DNA of 32,002 bases from an uncultured Fibrobacterales bacterium (GTDB taxonomy: Bacteria; Fibrobacterota; Fibrobacteria; Fibrobacterales; CAWVXU01). Shown here piece after piece: positions 1 to 9,327 of the stretch. The first letter of the stretch is position 1; each line of letters opens with the position of its first letter. Under the pieces are notes generated by a model. The model did no database searches, had not been told where the DNA came from, and saw only the letters and a program-made list of their open reading frames with translations. The translations under genes were made by a program, and so were the position numbers. Location: the NCBI GenBank assembly GCA_963934255.1, contig CAWVXU010000023.1:1-32002 (forward strand). The letters run 5' to 3'.

Positions 1-512
1 AAAAAGTCGGATGTGCGATTGAGGTAGGCCAAGGTAGGGTCTTGAAGTTGAAGTAATTCTTTATGGGATATCGCCCAACTTTCAATTTCTCTAGAACGAC
101 TTCTTATTTGATGAGCTAAGGCATTAGCAATATGACCACCAGGAAGGACAAATGATTTGAGAGGCGGGAGTGTGGGAATCCAATCTGCCATCCACATTTC
201 AAGTTGAAGAGTTCTTTCTGGTCCAAATTGGCTTTGATAGGACGATTTTTGTTCAAATGAATAATAAGCCCCTAAATCAAAAATATCATTTTGGATTTGG
301 ATAAGAACTTGTGGATGCTTTAAGATTTCTTGATTGGATTTGGAGCATTCGTCTAAATAAGTACGAAGTGTACCTAACAAACAATTTAGTGAGTCAAGTT
401 GACCCATAAACAACACCCGTGGATGGTCTTTAGGTACACGAGTGCCACATGAGAGTGAAGTCTGTCCATGATCACCACCTTTGGTGGTCACTTTTGAAAT
501 ATCAATACTCAT
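1..512 (-). CDS. pduO: PduO-type cob(I)alamin adenosyltransferase (3' end runs off the window)
   Basis: Not in the ORF track. Manual translation from ATG at 512 gives MSIDISKVTTKGGDHGQTSL...RVPKDHPRV..MGQLDSLN...FVLPGG...YLNRTSDF, matching the PduO motifs TxxGDxGxT and YLNRxSD. GGAG RBS 5 nt upstream; lies downstream of B12 uptake genes. Confidence 0.92.
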   Translation of the reverse strand, partial: MSIDISKVTTKGGDHGQTSLSCGTRVPKDHPRVLFMGQLDSLNCLLGTLRTYLDECSKSNQEILKHPQVLIQIQNDIFDLGAYYSFEQKSSYQSQFGPERTLQLEMWMADWIPTLPPLKSFVLPGGHIANALAHQIRSRSREIESWAISHKELLQLQDPTLAYLNRTSDF

Positions 513-532
513 AACAACTCCAGGAGAATATA

Positions 533-865
533 ATGAAACAAATTACAAAAATATGTCAGATGATAGGCATCAGTATAGCACTTATTAGTACTTCAGCGAT
601 AGCTCGTGAAGTCGGCCCCTTTGAAGTCAGTATCAAGAAGCTTAGAATTGATAACAATAGCGGTAAACTCTTTGTAAATGAAGTTCCATACACTGATTGT
701 AAATACGGCATGCTTAAGGTTGACTTTAATGAACCAGGTGGGAGAGTCCAATGGCAAACCTTGTTATCATATCAACTTTCTCATGACTTAAAAAATCTGA
801 GAGTCTGGGCAGAATGGGCAGGCGAGTTTTGCAAACTTAAATCTCTGGAGGTTTTTCCAAAGTAA
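533..865 (+). CDS. Small secreted hypothetical protein (110 aa)
   Basis: AGGAG RBS; N-terminal signal peptide (MIGISIALISTSAIA); two Cys in the mature part; followed by a terminator hairpin. Confidence 0.75.
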   Translation: MKQITKICQMIGISIALISTSAIAREVGPFEVSIKKLRIDNNSGKLFVNEVPYTDCKYGMLKVDFNEPGGRVQWQTLLSYQLSHDLKNLRVWAEWAGEFCKLKSLEVFPK

Positions 866-897
866 AGTTGACTAAAGAACAATTAAGACAATAAAAG

Positions 898-932
898 AAA
901 ACACCCCATTCATCATCAGAAGGGGTGTTTTT
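898..932. terminator. Bidirectional intrinsic terminator
   Basis: AAAACACCCC-N14-GGGGTGTTTT with A/T tracts on both sides, between convergent genes. Confidence 0.75.
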
Positions 933-974
933 AATTAAATGCACAAATTTATTTTGACATTAAAGAATCAATTT

Positions 975-2213
975 CTATTCGCCTACAATGAGAATGTCAT
1001 AAGGAGGGAGCATATCTTCATCAACAATTTTTTTCTTATCATCTACTAAGAGTATAGCTTCACTGCCACCAACTCTTTGACCAACTATCCATTGAGAAGA
1101 TAAATTAGACCAGGCAATACCGCCACCTTGAGCTTTAACACTGACAAGTTGAGATGTTTGGGCGTCGGTATCAAGCTCTACTAGTTTGATGATAGAATTC
1201 CAAGAATCATCATACCCTTGTTTTACTTGGACAAATAATTTGTTGTCTACAGATTTCAAATTATGCGGGGTGCCTTCAAGATCAATATCTGTAAATAGGG
1301 TTTCTGAAATGCCTGTAGTGATGTCTAGGCTAAGAATCCCTCTTGATTTATCCGCGGCACTAAGATCTCCTAAATACTCTCCTTCCATACTAATAATAAG
1401 CTTCTGACCTTGCTTGATGATAGAGGTTGGGTTTTTTAAGGGTAGTTCATATTCTTTTGTGATAGTACCTGTCTTTGCATCAATGAGTAAGACAATGCCC
1501 TTGTTGCCAGTGGAGTAGCCATTCATGCCCTGGACTAGAACAAAAAGAGAATCATTGGAAAGTGTCATTTGAGCAGTATTCGCAAACTGAGTTTTGTCAT
1601 ACGCATAATCTGATACATCAATAACTTTTTTAGTACTACCGTCTTTAGGATTAATTTGTAATAGTTTGTTTGCATTTTGAAGAGAGACGTAAGCAATATT
1701 TTGATTATAAAACTTGATGTCCACGGGGTTAGAATTATCTGGAAGACTTTTCTGAAAAACAATATCCTTTGCGCTAGAGAAATCAAGTGGAAGCTTTACT
1801 AGATTGTCAGCACCAAGACGCTCTAGAACCCATAAGTGTTCTCCGTCTGTACGTAATTTTGAATCTTGATGAAATGAAATCCCGGCTGATACGTCTTTTG
1901 TTTCAAGATTGAGCGAATGAAGCTCTCCCGAATTATAATCAGACGTAAACATGAAGACTTTTTCAGTACCATTTAATTGAGTACTGTCGGCATCATTTTC
2001 TTCGAAGACATCTTCAGTCTCATTTAATTGAGTACTGTCGGCATCATTTTCTTCGATGACTTCTTCAGTAACATTTAATTGAGTAGTTTCAGCATCATCT
2101 TCTTCGCCTAGCAAACAAGCTGAAATAAGAAGTGAAGAAAAAGTGACAAATAGTGCTTTGGATAGCGCAGATTTTTTTGTCCGAATATTTTGTGATTTAA
2201 CTAGTGGATTCAT
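975..2213 (-). CDS. Surface lipoprotein, YncE-like beta-propeller, probable B12-binding partner of the TonB-dependent receptor (BtuG-like)
   Basis: Lipobox LISA-C; propeller-type motifs (NPVDIKF, AYVS, NPTSI); ATGA overlap with the upstream receptor; inside the riboswitch-controlled operon. Confidence 0.75.
   Translation of the reverse strand: MNPLVKSQNIRTKKSALSKALFVTFSSLLISACLLGEEDDAETTQLNVTEEVIEENDADSTQLNETEDVFEENDADSTQLNGTEKVFMFTSDYNSGELHSLNLETKDVSAGISFHQDSKLRTDGEHLWVLERLGADNLVKLPLDFSSAKDIVFQKSLPDNSNPVDIKFYNQNIAYVSLQNANKLLQINPKDGSTKKVIDVSDYAYDKTQFANTAQMTLSNDSLFVLVQGMNGYSTGNKGIVLLIDAKTGTITKEYELPLKNPTSIIKQGQKLIISMEGEYLGDLSAADKSRGILSLDITTGISETLFTDIDLEGTPHNLKSVDNKLFVQVKQGYDDSWNSIIKLVELDTDAQTSQLVSVKAQGGGIAWSNLSSQWIVGQRVGGSEAILLVDDKKKIVDEDMLPPYDILIVGE
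1961..2106 (-). repeat. 51-bp (17-aa) tandem repeat, ~3 copies, acidic linker
   Basis: CATTTAATTGAGTA recurs at 1970, 2021 and 2072; protein reads (TQLNxTEeVfEENDADS)n. Confidence 0.9.
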
Positions 2214-4279
2214 TTGTTTTCCTTGTTTGATTTTGTGTTTAAAAAGTGATGTGTGTATCTTAAAAACCAGGTTCGTCCCGGGGATGGGGTCGCTTGATAA
2301 ATTTTGTACTCACGAGTATTGAGCCAATTTTTTACTCCGAACTCCAATTTATCGTTCATAGTGATAACTTGTAGCCATGTGTTGAGGTAATGCTTTTCGT
2401 CAAGTTTTTGTGTATTGCCAATATCAGCCCATTGTTCGGAATGATAAATGTATTGAACAAAAACTCTCATTCTTTGAGTGAAAATATTTTCCCAAGTAGA
2501 GCTCATTGTATAGGGTGAAACCTCTTGTGGCAAATTCTGTTGATAATTTGCAATGTCGGATTGAATCCTAGGAAATTGAATATTTTGTTGAAATCTTAAA
2601 TTGGCTTTATAGATATGATTGTGATGCAAGGGGATAAGTATCTTTGTTTCAAGACCGATATTTTGTAGGTCGCCACTGTTTTTGGCGATAGGCATAGAGC
2701 GCGATGAGGTAGAATAAGCGATGCGATCTTCCAGATAGTAGGCATAGAGCTGGTTATCAATATTTTTATAATAGCGATGACCCAATGTTACTTTATAAAT
2801 ATTTTCAGGCTTGAGATCTGGGTTAGGGAGTAGGCCAGGGCTTAAACCAAATCGATCATGAATACTGACTTCTTGATAGAGTTTAGATAATTCAAAGAAT
2901 AAAAAATGAGGATCAGTGGGATGGAATTGAAGTTTGAGTTGACCACCAAAATAGTTCGACTTGTTGATTTTGTGTTGGGGCGCGCTTTCAATATTCATCA
3001 AATAGTTATGTGCATGACTTATGCTCCAAATTGAATTGAATGGATAAACAAAGGATTGACCTAATTGTAATCCATATCCAGTTTGTTCAAAGTCTGTGCG
3101 TTTGAGATGAGTACGACTAGGAAACAAAAGAGGTTGACTCCTAGATAGCTTTAACGAAACGCCTTTATCCCATTTTAATTTTGTTAGAGCTTTCATTTTG
3201 TGTTGAAGGGCAACTTTAGTATTAGTGAATTCGTTTTTCCAACTTTGTGAGAGTTTGGGACTATACCAAATATTATCTGCGCGAGTCCAATACATTTCAT
3301 CTTGACGATATTGATGAGATAGCAGTGCGGACCATTTTTTTTGCAAGAATTTCAATTGATATGAAAGTATGTTTTCTTCAAAAAAACTATCTCGTGTTTG
3401 GTTCTCTTCAAGACCAGCAAGGCCTCGTTTCTCAGTCAGAGCTTGAAATTTTTGATGAATTGAAAAATCTTTGAACTCATGCTGACTCAGCAATGTCCCA
3501 TCGTATCTTGTGACTTCATTATTGGTTTGTTTAGTGACATAATCATCATTAGCTTCATAGATTGTATTGTTATGGTTGAGATACTCAAAATCATTTTTCA
3601 CATAAAAAGCGTTGAGATAGAAACTCAAGTGAGTATCTAAGACATCCATATTCGTAGCACTCTGGATTTGGCTTTGGCTATAGGACCCTATCAGCCCAGT
3701 AAGTGAAGTTTTATCAATAGTTTTGGTGGTTAATACAAGACTACCACCAACAGGAGACTGTGCTGTAGTAGAATTTTGACCCATAGGATGAAAGCTCAGA
3801 CTAACTAAGCTAGAAGTATTGATTTGATGCAGCACATCTTGTCGGTGATTTACATCATTAACTACTACTCCGTCGATAATTATTTGTATTCGACTTAAAT
3901 CCAGGCCTTGAGCTATGAAGCTTTGAGGGCTTCCAATCCCTGCCGTTTCCTTAAGTTGAAAAACTCCTTGTTCTGCTAGAAAGTCTGCGACGCTATTGGC
4001 GCTAGAGAAATTTAAGTCTTTAATACCCCAAGTATGACCACTGCCTTGTAGAGCGAAGGTAGATTGAGATGTAGAGTCGGCATAACGAATAGTCTTGGGT
4101 AAAGACTTGATTGTAGAGTCGCGCCTGTCACTCAGGGCGTAGGTAATTGTGGTAAAATGAGGGGTGATCAATGCCAATAGCGTAGCTATTAAAACCCTTT
4201 GTTGGATTTTATTCTCAAATCGAGATAGCGTTTTATAGAGACAATTTAAAAATTGTCGTACTAGAGTCTGGCCTATCAT
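2210..4279 (-). CDS. btuB: TonB-dependent receptor, probable cobalamin transporter (BtuB-like)
   Basis: Plug motif IQIIIDGVVVN, barrel motifs PNPDLKPE, FGVKNWLN and PGRTWF; directly downstream of a cobalamin riboswitch. Confidence 0.82.
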   Translation of the reverse strand: MIGQTLVRQFLNCLYKTLSRFENKIQQRVLIATLLALITPHFTTITYALSDRRDSTIKSLPKTIRYADSTSQSTFALQGSGHTWGIKDLNFSSANSVADFLAEQGVFQLKETAGIGSPQSFIAQGLDLSRIQIIIDGVVVNDVNHRQDVLHQINTSSLVSLSFHPMGQNSTTAQSPVGGSLVLTTKTIDKTSLTGLIGSYSQSQIQSATNMDVLDTHLSFYLNAFYVKNDFEYLNHNNTIYEANDDYVTKQTNNEVTRYDGTLLSQHEFKDFSIHQKFQALTEKRGLAGLEENQTRDSFFEENILSYQLKFLQKKWSALLSHQYRQDEMYWTRADNIWYSPKLSQSWKNEFTNTKVALQHKMKALTKLKWDKGVSLKLSRSQPLLFPSRTHLKRTDFEQTGYGLQLGQSFVYPFNSIWSISHAHNYLMNIESAPQHKINKSNYFGGQLKLQFHPTDPHFLFFELSKLYQEVSIHDRFGLSPGLLPNPDLKPENIYKVTLGHRYYKNIDNQLYAYYLEDRIAYSTSSRSMPIAKNSGDLQNIGLETKILIPLHHNHIYKANLRFQQNIQFPRIQSDIANYQQNLPQEVSPYTMSSTWENIFTQRMRVFVQYIYHSEQWADIGNTQKLDEKHYLNTWLQVITMNDKLEFGVKNWLNTREYKIYQATPSPGRTWFLRYTHHFLNTKSNKENK

Positions 4280-4296
4280 CCGTAGGTTTCCTTTTT

Positions 4297-4460
4297 ACTC
4301 GAGGTAGGTCTTCTGACTCAACTTCATCCTACTCTTAGCCCTTCCCGACTCTATGGGAGTCAGTGGTGATACTAATTTCGTCAGTCTTACAGCGGCGGGA
4401 CCGTTTCCGATTTACACGGAATTCCCTTTTAATCTCTCGCTATGAGAGAACCTAGAGTTA
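4297..4460 (-). promoter_or_regulatory. Cobalamin (AdoCbl) riboswitch
   Basis: Minus strand reads AGGTTCTCT..AGAGATTAAAAGGGAATTCCGTGTAAATCGGAAACGGTCCCGCCGCTGTAAG..CCACTG..GGGAAGG..GAGTCAGAAGACCTACCT, containing the hallmark elements and the B12 box. Confidence 0.96.
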
Positions 4461-4593
4461 TGATCGAACAAACTTAGTTTGACTCTTAAAAAATGTCAAA
4501 CAAGATCTCTGCTCTATTTTGCTTTTGTTAAGTTTAGCTCAATATGGCTGAATGCATTTGAATTTAGCTGGTTGAAGTTTAAAAGGAGAAATA

Positions 4594-4998
4594 ATGAGAG
4601 TAGAGATGAGTGCACTTTGTGATGCAGCGACAGAAGCTGGGGGCAAACTCAATATATTAGGTGCTTTTGATGCTATTCAAATCCCTCAATACCCCTTTGT
4701 CATCCCTCATTGTGCACTCGTATTTCGTCTACGTTTTAATAGAGTTGAGGGTGGTGAGCACAAGATTCGAGTCAACTTTGTTGATCAAGATGGCAAAGAT
4801 ATTATGCCAGCACTTGAGGCCAATGCGCAGGTATTGATTCCAGAAGGCCAAGATTCTCGCGTGACTAACCTGATTATGAATATGTCTGGATTAAAAATCC
4901 CCTTAAAGGGAAAATATTCAATTGATTTGGCAGTGGATGGACGTCATGAAATCAGCTTACCTTTGACTGCATTAGAAATTAATTTACCAGAAAATTAA
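4594..4998 (+). CDS. DUF6941-like hypothetical protein
   Basis: LCDAA..GKLNILGAFD N-terminus and GKYSIDLAVDG C-terminus recalled for this family; AGGAG RBS. Confidence 0.7.
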   Translation: MRVEMSALCDAATEAGGKLNILGAFDAIQIPQYPFVIPHCALVFRLRFNRVEGGEHKIRVNFVDQDGKDIMPALEANAQVLIPEGQDSRVTNLIMNMSGLKIPLKGKYSIDLAVDGRHEISLPLTALEINLPEN

Positions 4999-5055
4999 AA
5001 CAGTAAGGTCGGCGGTTAAATAAAACCGATAAGTAAATAAACCCTACAAATAAAT

Positions 5056-5088
5056 AAAAAAGGCTATCCAAAAAATGGATAGCCTTTT
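5056..5088. terminator. Bidirectional intrinsic terminator
   Basis: AAAAGGCTATCCA-AAAAA-TGGATAGCCTTTT between convergent genes. Confidence 0.85.
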
Positions 5089-5123
5089 CAATTCATTAGC
5101 CTTTTAAAAAAGGCGAAAGCTAA

Positions 5124-5423
5124 TTATGCTTTTGTTTTTGCTTTTGCAGCAACTTCTTTAAGAGCTGTAGAAGGTTTGAACCCTACAGATTTAGAAGCTT
5201 TGATTTTGATCTCTTCGCCAGTAGCAGGATTGCGACCTTTGCGAGCGGAACGTTTTTTAACAGTGAAAGTACCGAAACCGATAAGTTGTACAACAGACTC
5301 TTTTTTGATACCAGTTGTGATAGCTTCTAGAACTGTTTTAAGAGCACGCTCCGCATCAGCTTTAGTTTCGATGTTGTTATTTTTGTCATCAAGGATGATT
5401 TCGATTAGGTCTTGTTTATTCAT
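5124..5423 (-). CDS. hup: HU family DNA-binding protein
   Basis: VQLIGFGTF..RSARKGRNPATGEEIKI..VGFKPS; AAGGAG RBS. Confidence 0.96.
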   Translation of the reverse strand: MNKQDLIEIILDDKNNNIETKADAERALKTVLEAITTGIKKESVVQLIGFGTFTVKKRSARKGRNPATGEEIKIKASKSVGFKPSTALKEVAAKAKTKA

Positions 5424-5652
5424 TGGTCACTCCTTAAAAGTGTTATATAAAGTTTGTTGCTAAAGAATAAGTATTTAAGCCAAGGTGGCAATAGGAAAAT
5501 GAAAATAAATGAAAATAAAGAGCAAAAAACCCTTTATTCATATGGTTTCAGGCACTTTTAGCTGTCGAAGTAAGTGAAAAGCAAAGGATTAAAATAAATT
5601 AAAAAACAGCCATTTTTTTCTTGACTATTTCTTGAATTTTTGCACTTAGGGT

Positions 5653-6594
5653 CTAATTTGCTTTCAGATTCTTTTCATTGAGGAACTTAAGCTGCCTATA
5701 GAGGGTATGGATACGGGGGAGATGCAGCCCTTTAATAGCAGCAAACTTCAAGGGTTGCTCAAATATAACACCGAGTTCAAGAGGTCTTTTGTTTCTTCGA
5801 TCCAGAAGCATCGAGGGTTCGTAAGGCTTCATTTCAAAGGTATCTTGAATCATTTTTTTGATAAATGCGTCACTGAGTTCCTTATCCCACTTACCCACGG
5901 CCCCTTGTAGCTCATGCATCATTTCAGTTGCTAGACTTACCATGTCAGGGTCATCGACAAGTTCCTTGGTGTCAACATCAAGCAATGCAGAAAGCCCATT
6001 GAAGGGAATATTCCAACAGAGCTTTTGCCATCGCGCTAAGAAAAGGTCGTTGACTATATCTGTGGGAATCTTGGCTGTACGAAGGTCCTTGGCAATATCA
6101 ATAAGTACCTCAGATTCAACTATTGGTAATCTATCCTTAGTGTGAATCCCCAAGCGAATCGCACCATAATCAAGATGCTTAATATGACCAGGTCCAGCTT
6201 TGTTCGAACAAAGGAAACAAAGTCCGCCAAGAATGGTAGCCTCAGGCATCCATTCACTGATCGCTTCTTCAACACCAATTCCATTTTGCCATAGTATAAT
6301 AATACCATCAGGTCGAACAAGTTTAGGTAGAAGTTCTGGGAGTAGATAATTGTGAAAGCCTTTGAGTCCTATGCACAAAACATCAACGGGTATCCAATCG
6401 TCTACAGAATTAAAAACATTCGGTTCTTTAATTTGGAAATCACCCCAAACACTTTCAATCTTCCAGCCGTGTTCCTTGAGATGCTTATAGTCTGAATTGA
6501 CAAAATAAGAAACATCAAATTGAGCTTTATCGAGAAGTGAACCATAAAGACCACCAAGTGCACCAGCTCCCAAAATTCCATATCGTTTTGACAT
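5653..6594 (-). CDS. panE: Putative 2-dehydropantoate 2-reductase (ketopantoate reductase family)
   Basis: GAGALGG Rossmann motif, QNGIG, WQKLCWNIPFNGLS, PSMLLD...LE. Confidence 0.9.
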   Translation of the reverse strand: MSKRYGILGAGALGGLYGSLLDKAQFDVSYFVNSDYKHLKEHGWKIESVWGDFQIKEPNVFNSVDDWIPVDVLCIGLKGFHNYLLPELLPKLVRPDGIIILWQNGIGVEEAISEWMPEATILGGLCFLCSNKAGPGHIKHLDYGAIRLGIHTKDRLPIVESEVLIDIAKDLRTAKIPTDIVNDLFLARWQKLCWNIPFNGLSALLDVDTKELVDDPDMVSLATEMMHELQGAVGKWDKELSDAFIKKMIQDTFEMKPYEPSMLLDRRNKRPLELGVIFEQPLKFAAIKGLHLPRIHTLYRQLKFLNEKNLKAN

Positions 6595-6600
6595 AATACC

Positions 6601-7980
6601 TCAACCTTTTAATTGTTGGTGAAAAGCTCTAAACTCTTGCCATTTGGCATAGGCTTCACCGTGGATAATTAATGATTTTAAAGTCCTAGCTATCGCTGCT
6701 GGATGCACTTGGGGGTCTAATGCACTCATCACCACAGTAGCATAGTAATGTAGTTGCTGGGACTCGATTGAGTCTGGCTCTCTCATTGCTTTGATATTCA
6801 TCGCTAAGTGCTCGCCTGGAGTACGCTCTTTGTCGAGTTCAATTTGAAAAGGGTCTATTTCAAATTGTTCAACTTGAAACACTCCGTCACTCATGCCTTG
6901 GAACTCTCCTTGATTCATATAGCGTGCAAAGTTTGTCGCTCTATTTCCAGGAGTCATTGGGCTGCCCTCAAGTCCTTTGAGGTTGACAAATGATGTTATC
7001 TGACCCGGACGAACTGAATTATTTTTCTCAGATTTTTCTACTTGACTGTCAGCCATTTTTTGAGCGAGATGAGGGAGTAGATCTTTGTATCCTTTGTGAG
7101 TATAACCACAAATTAACTCTTGAGAATTCTTAGCTTTTAATGGGCTGAGTAATTTTTCAAAAGTAGCTAAACAAGGGCGCTTGACCATTTCAATTCTGGT
7201 ATTTAGTAGGGCATATAATTCAGGAAAAGACACGCTTTGATCTGTATAAGAAAACCCCACAGTTTCCAAACATTTAGCAGAATTTTTTAAAGATATACAA
7301 GGCTCAATTTCTGCTGCTTGTAATATCTTATTGACGCTCACTCCAAATTTAGGTGGGGCTTCAAATGTACCATGCAGACTAACATGCATATCAGCTGAGG
7401 CAAGTAAACACGCAAGGGCAGGGCTGAGAAGTGGAAATCTATTTTGGCCATTATAAATATCAGCTATATCAACAATTTCGCTGACTTGGGTATTATGAGA
7501 AGTTGATTTATTTAAAAGAGATGACCATATTTCAAGATTCTCACCAAAGGTCTCTCTTTTGAGTCGTAGACCTTCTAGTGTAGATGCAATAACAGTTGTG
7601 TCACTGGTTTTGTTTAACCAGAACTTGACTAATTTTTTCACTTCTTGAGGGTTGAGTTCTTTTGTTTGCAAAATTTTATGATGCATTGAAAGTCCAAAGG
7701 TCATTTTTTTGTCAGAAGTGAGTTTCTTAAACGAGCTTGGCAAAAGTTGCCAAAGAGGTTCTGGTAAATCCTCTTTTCGACTCAACTCCTTTAACCAATT
7801 TGCCTCTTCGACGGTATTTTCTAGAAGTAAAAATGCAGTTAAAAGAGTGGCACGAGTGATGATGGACTCTTCATTACTGACCATTAAGTCACTTAAGTTT
7901 AGGAGGTCATCTTTGCATAGGCTTTTGGAGCCAAGAGGGCCCACACCTTTTGATTTGAGTATATCAGCTAATTTTTTCAT
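6601..7980 (-). CDS. Glycosyltransferase family 3 / anthranilate phosphoribosyltransferase-like protein (YbiB-like)
   Basis: KGVGPLGSKSL, LRLKRET, HGTFEAPPKFGV, KRPCLATFEKL, GYTHKGY, KGLEGS; no canonical TrpD GTGGD. Confidence 0.7.
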   Translation of the reverse strand: MKKLADILKSKGVGPLGSKSLCKDDLLNLSDLMVSNEESIITRATLLTAFLLLENTVEEANWLKELSRKEDLPEPLWQLLPSSFKKLTSDKKMTFGLSMHHKILQTKELNPQEVKKLVKFWLNKTSDTTVIASTLEGLRLKRETFGENLEIWSSLLNKSTSHNTQVSEIVDIADIYNGQNRFPLLSPALACLLASADMHVSLHGTFEAPPKFGVSVNKILQAAEIEPCISLKNSAKCLETVGFSYTDQSVSFPELYALLNTRIEMVKRPCLATFEKLLSPLKAKNSQELICGYTHKGYKDLLPHLAQKMADSQVEKSEKNNSVRPGQITSFVNLKGLEGSPMTPGNRATNFARYMNQGEFQGMSDGVFQVEQFEIDPFQIELDKERTPGEHLAMNIKAMREPDSIESQQLHYYATVVMSALDPQVHPAAIARTLKSLIIHGEAYAKWQEFRAFHQQLKG

Positions 7981-7992
7981 TGTATAAATTTA

Positions 7993-9198
7993 CTATTTCC
8001 CAAGAAGGTAAAGTAAAGAAAGTGTAAAACGTTCTTTGAGGCGATTTCCATGGCCGCCGGGATAGACTTCAAATTGATGTGGAATCTTTAAAAGAGAGAG
8101 AGTCTCGGATAAATTTTGATTGGGGATGAGCATTTGGAGATGATCTTGGACTCCAACGTCGATCCAGATCTTATGAGGTAAATGCGAGTGTGAACTAAAT
8201 CCTTTGAGGATTTCAATGGGATTGTGTTTTTGCCATCGCTCAAGAACATCAGGATTTTGAGTGCCGTCCAGTTTAAAGGGAAGCTCCACACTATAGAGTT
8301 TATGTTTGTTGGGGCTAAAAGCACCAGCCATACAGTAGAGCATAAAAGAATACTTACCTCGGGTGGGGTCAAAAACACTAGAATCTGGTGCGTTTGAGTT
8401 GGGGTAGGGGATTTTGTGGGGTTTCTGGTGCTCTTGGATAACGCGATATTGGAGTCTTTGAATTTCTAATAAATCAACAGGCCCACTGTGCATGGCAACT
8501 CCTCCCCAAGAGAGGGAAGATTTGAGGGCAAGTTGTAGAGCTCCAAATGCACCCATACTGTGTCCCATAATGAAATTCTGATCACGTTCTTGACAGGCTT
8601 TGTGATATTTTTGAGCAAATTTAGGGAAGTAATTGTCTATTAAATTGAAGTAGGAGCCAAAGAGTTTTGAATTGGTGTAGAAGCTAGCCGTGGCCCGCCC
8701 AACATTGCCATTGATTTGTAAAACTTGAATAGGGGCTATGGCGCCTGCTTGATCTAATGAGTCAATGACTTTGAGTAAAAAGGGGTAGCTCTGATGTGAG
8801 CCTCCAACTCCATGATAAAAATAAAGTGTGGGCCAGCAATCTTCGGGTTTTGAGGGGGCTGCTGCAGTGCGATAATGTCGGTAAGATCTATTGGGATTGC
8901 CTTTGGTTTTAGTGAGGTAATCTTTAAATTTTAAGTCCTGTACTTTACCGTGTAGGCCGATGAGTGCACTTTGATCCGGCGGCGCAATGGAGAAGGCATT
9001 GGAGGGGCCAAGCAGGCTTATAGACAAGATGACAAGAAGAGTTGAGAGGTTGCGACCAGTTTGAAGCGAAGAGTGCCGTGTTGGAATTCTAAAAATTGAA
9101 TTTGTAATCGATATTAACACTTGGTATTGTTTAGATTTTATAATGGACCGATGAAAAACTGACCCAAAAGGACTTGAAATGGATAAAAATTGGGTCAT
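7993..9198 (-). CDS. Alpha/beta-hydrolase, putative esterase (start may be further downstream)
   Basis: LYFYHGVGG, nucleophile elbow GHSMG, IDVGVQD, YPGGH catalytic His; signal-like hydrophobic segment at aa ~52-70. Confidence 0.85.
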   Translation of the reverse strand: MTQFLSISSPFGSVFHRSIIKSKQYQVLISITNSIFRIPTRHSSLQTGRNLSTLLVILSISLLGPSNAFSIAPPDQSALIGLHGKVQDLKFKDYLTKTKGNPNRSYRHYRTAAAPSKPEDCWPTLYFYHGVGGSHQSYPFLLKVIDSLDQAGAIAPIQVLQINGNVGRATASFYTNSKLFGSYFNLIDNYFPKFAQKYHKACQERDQNFIMGHSMGAFGALQLALKSSLSWGGVAMHSGPVDLLEIQRLQYRVIQEHQKPHKIPYPNSNAPDSSVFDPTRGKYSFMLYCMAGAFSPNKHKLYSVELPFKLDGTQNPDVLERWQKHNPIEILKGFSSHSHLPHKIWIDVGVQDHLQMLIPNQNLSETLSLLKIPHQFEVYPGGHGNRLKERFTLSLLYLLGK

Positions 9199-9327
9199 TT
9201 TAAGTCAATCCTCTCTGATTTGATCAATTTTTGAATTGCGTCTTTCTATGATACATGTTTTCCATTCAATAGTCCATCTTTTACTATTTTTGGCCTAACG
9301 ACAGTATTCAGATCAATCGAGGACCTC

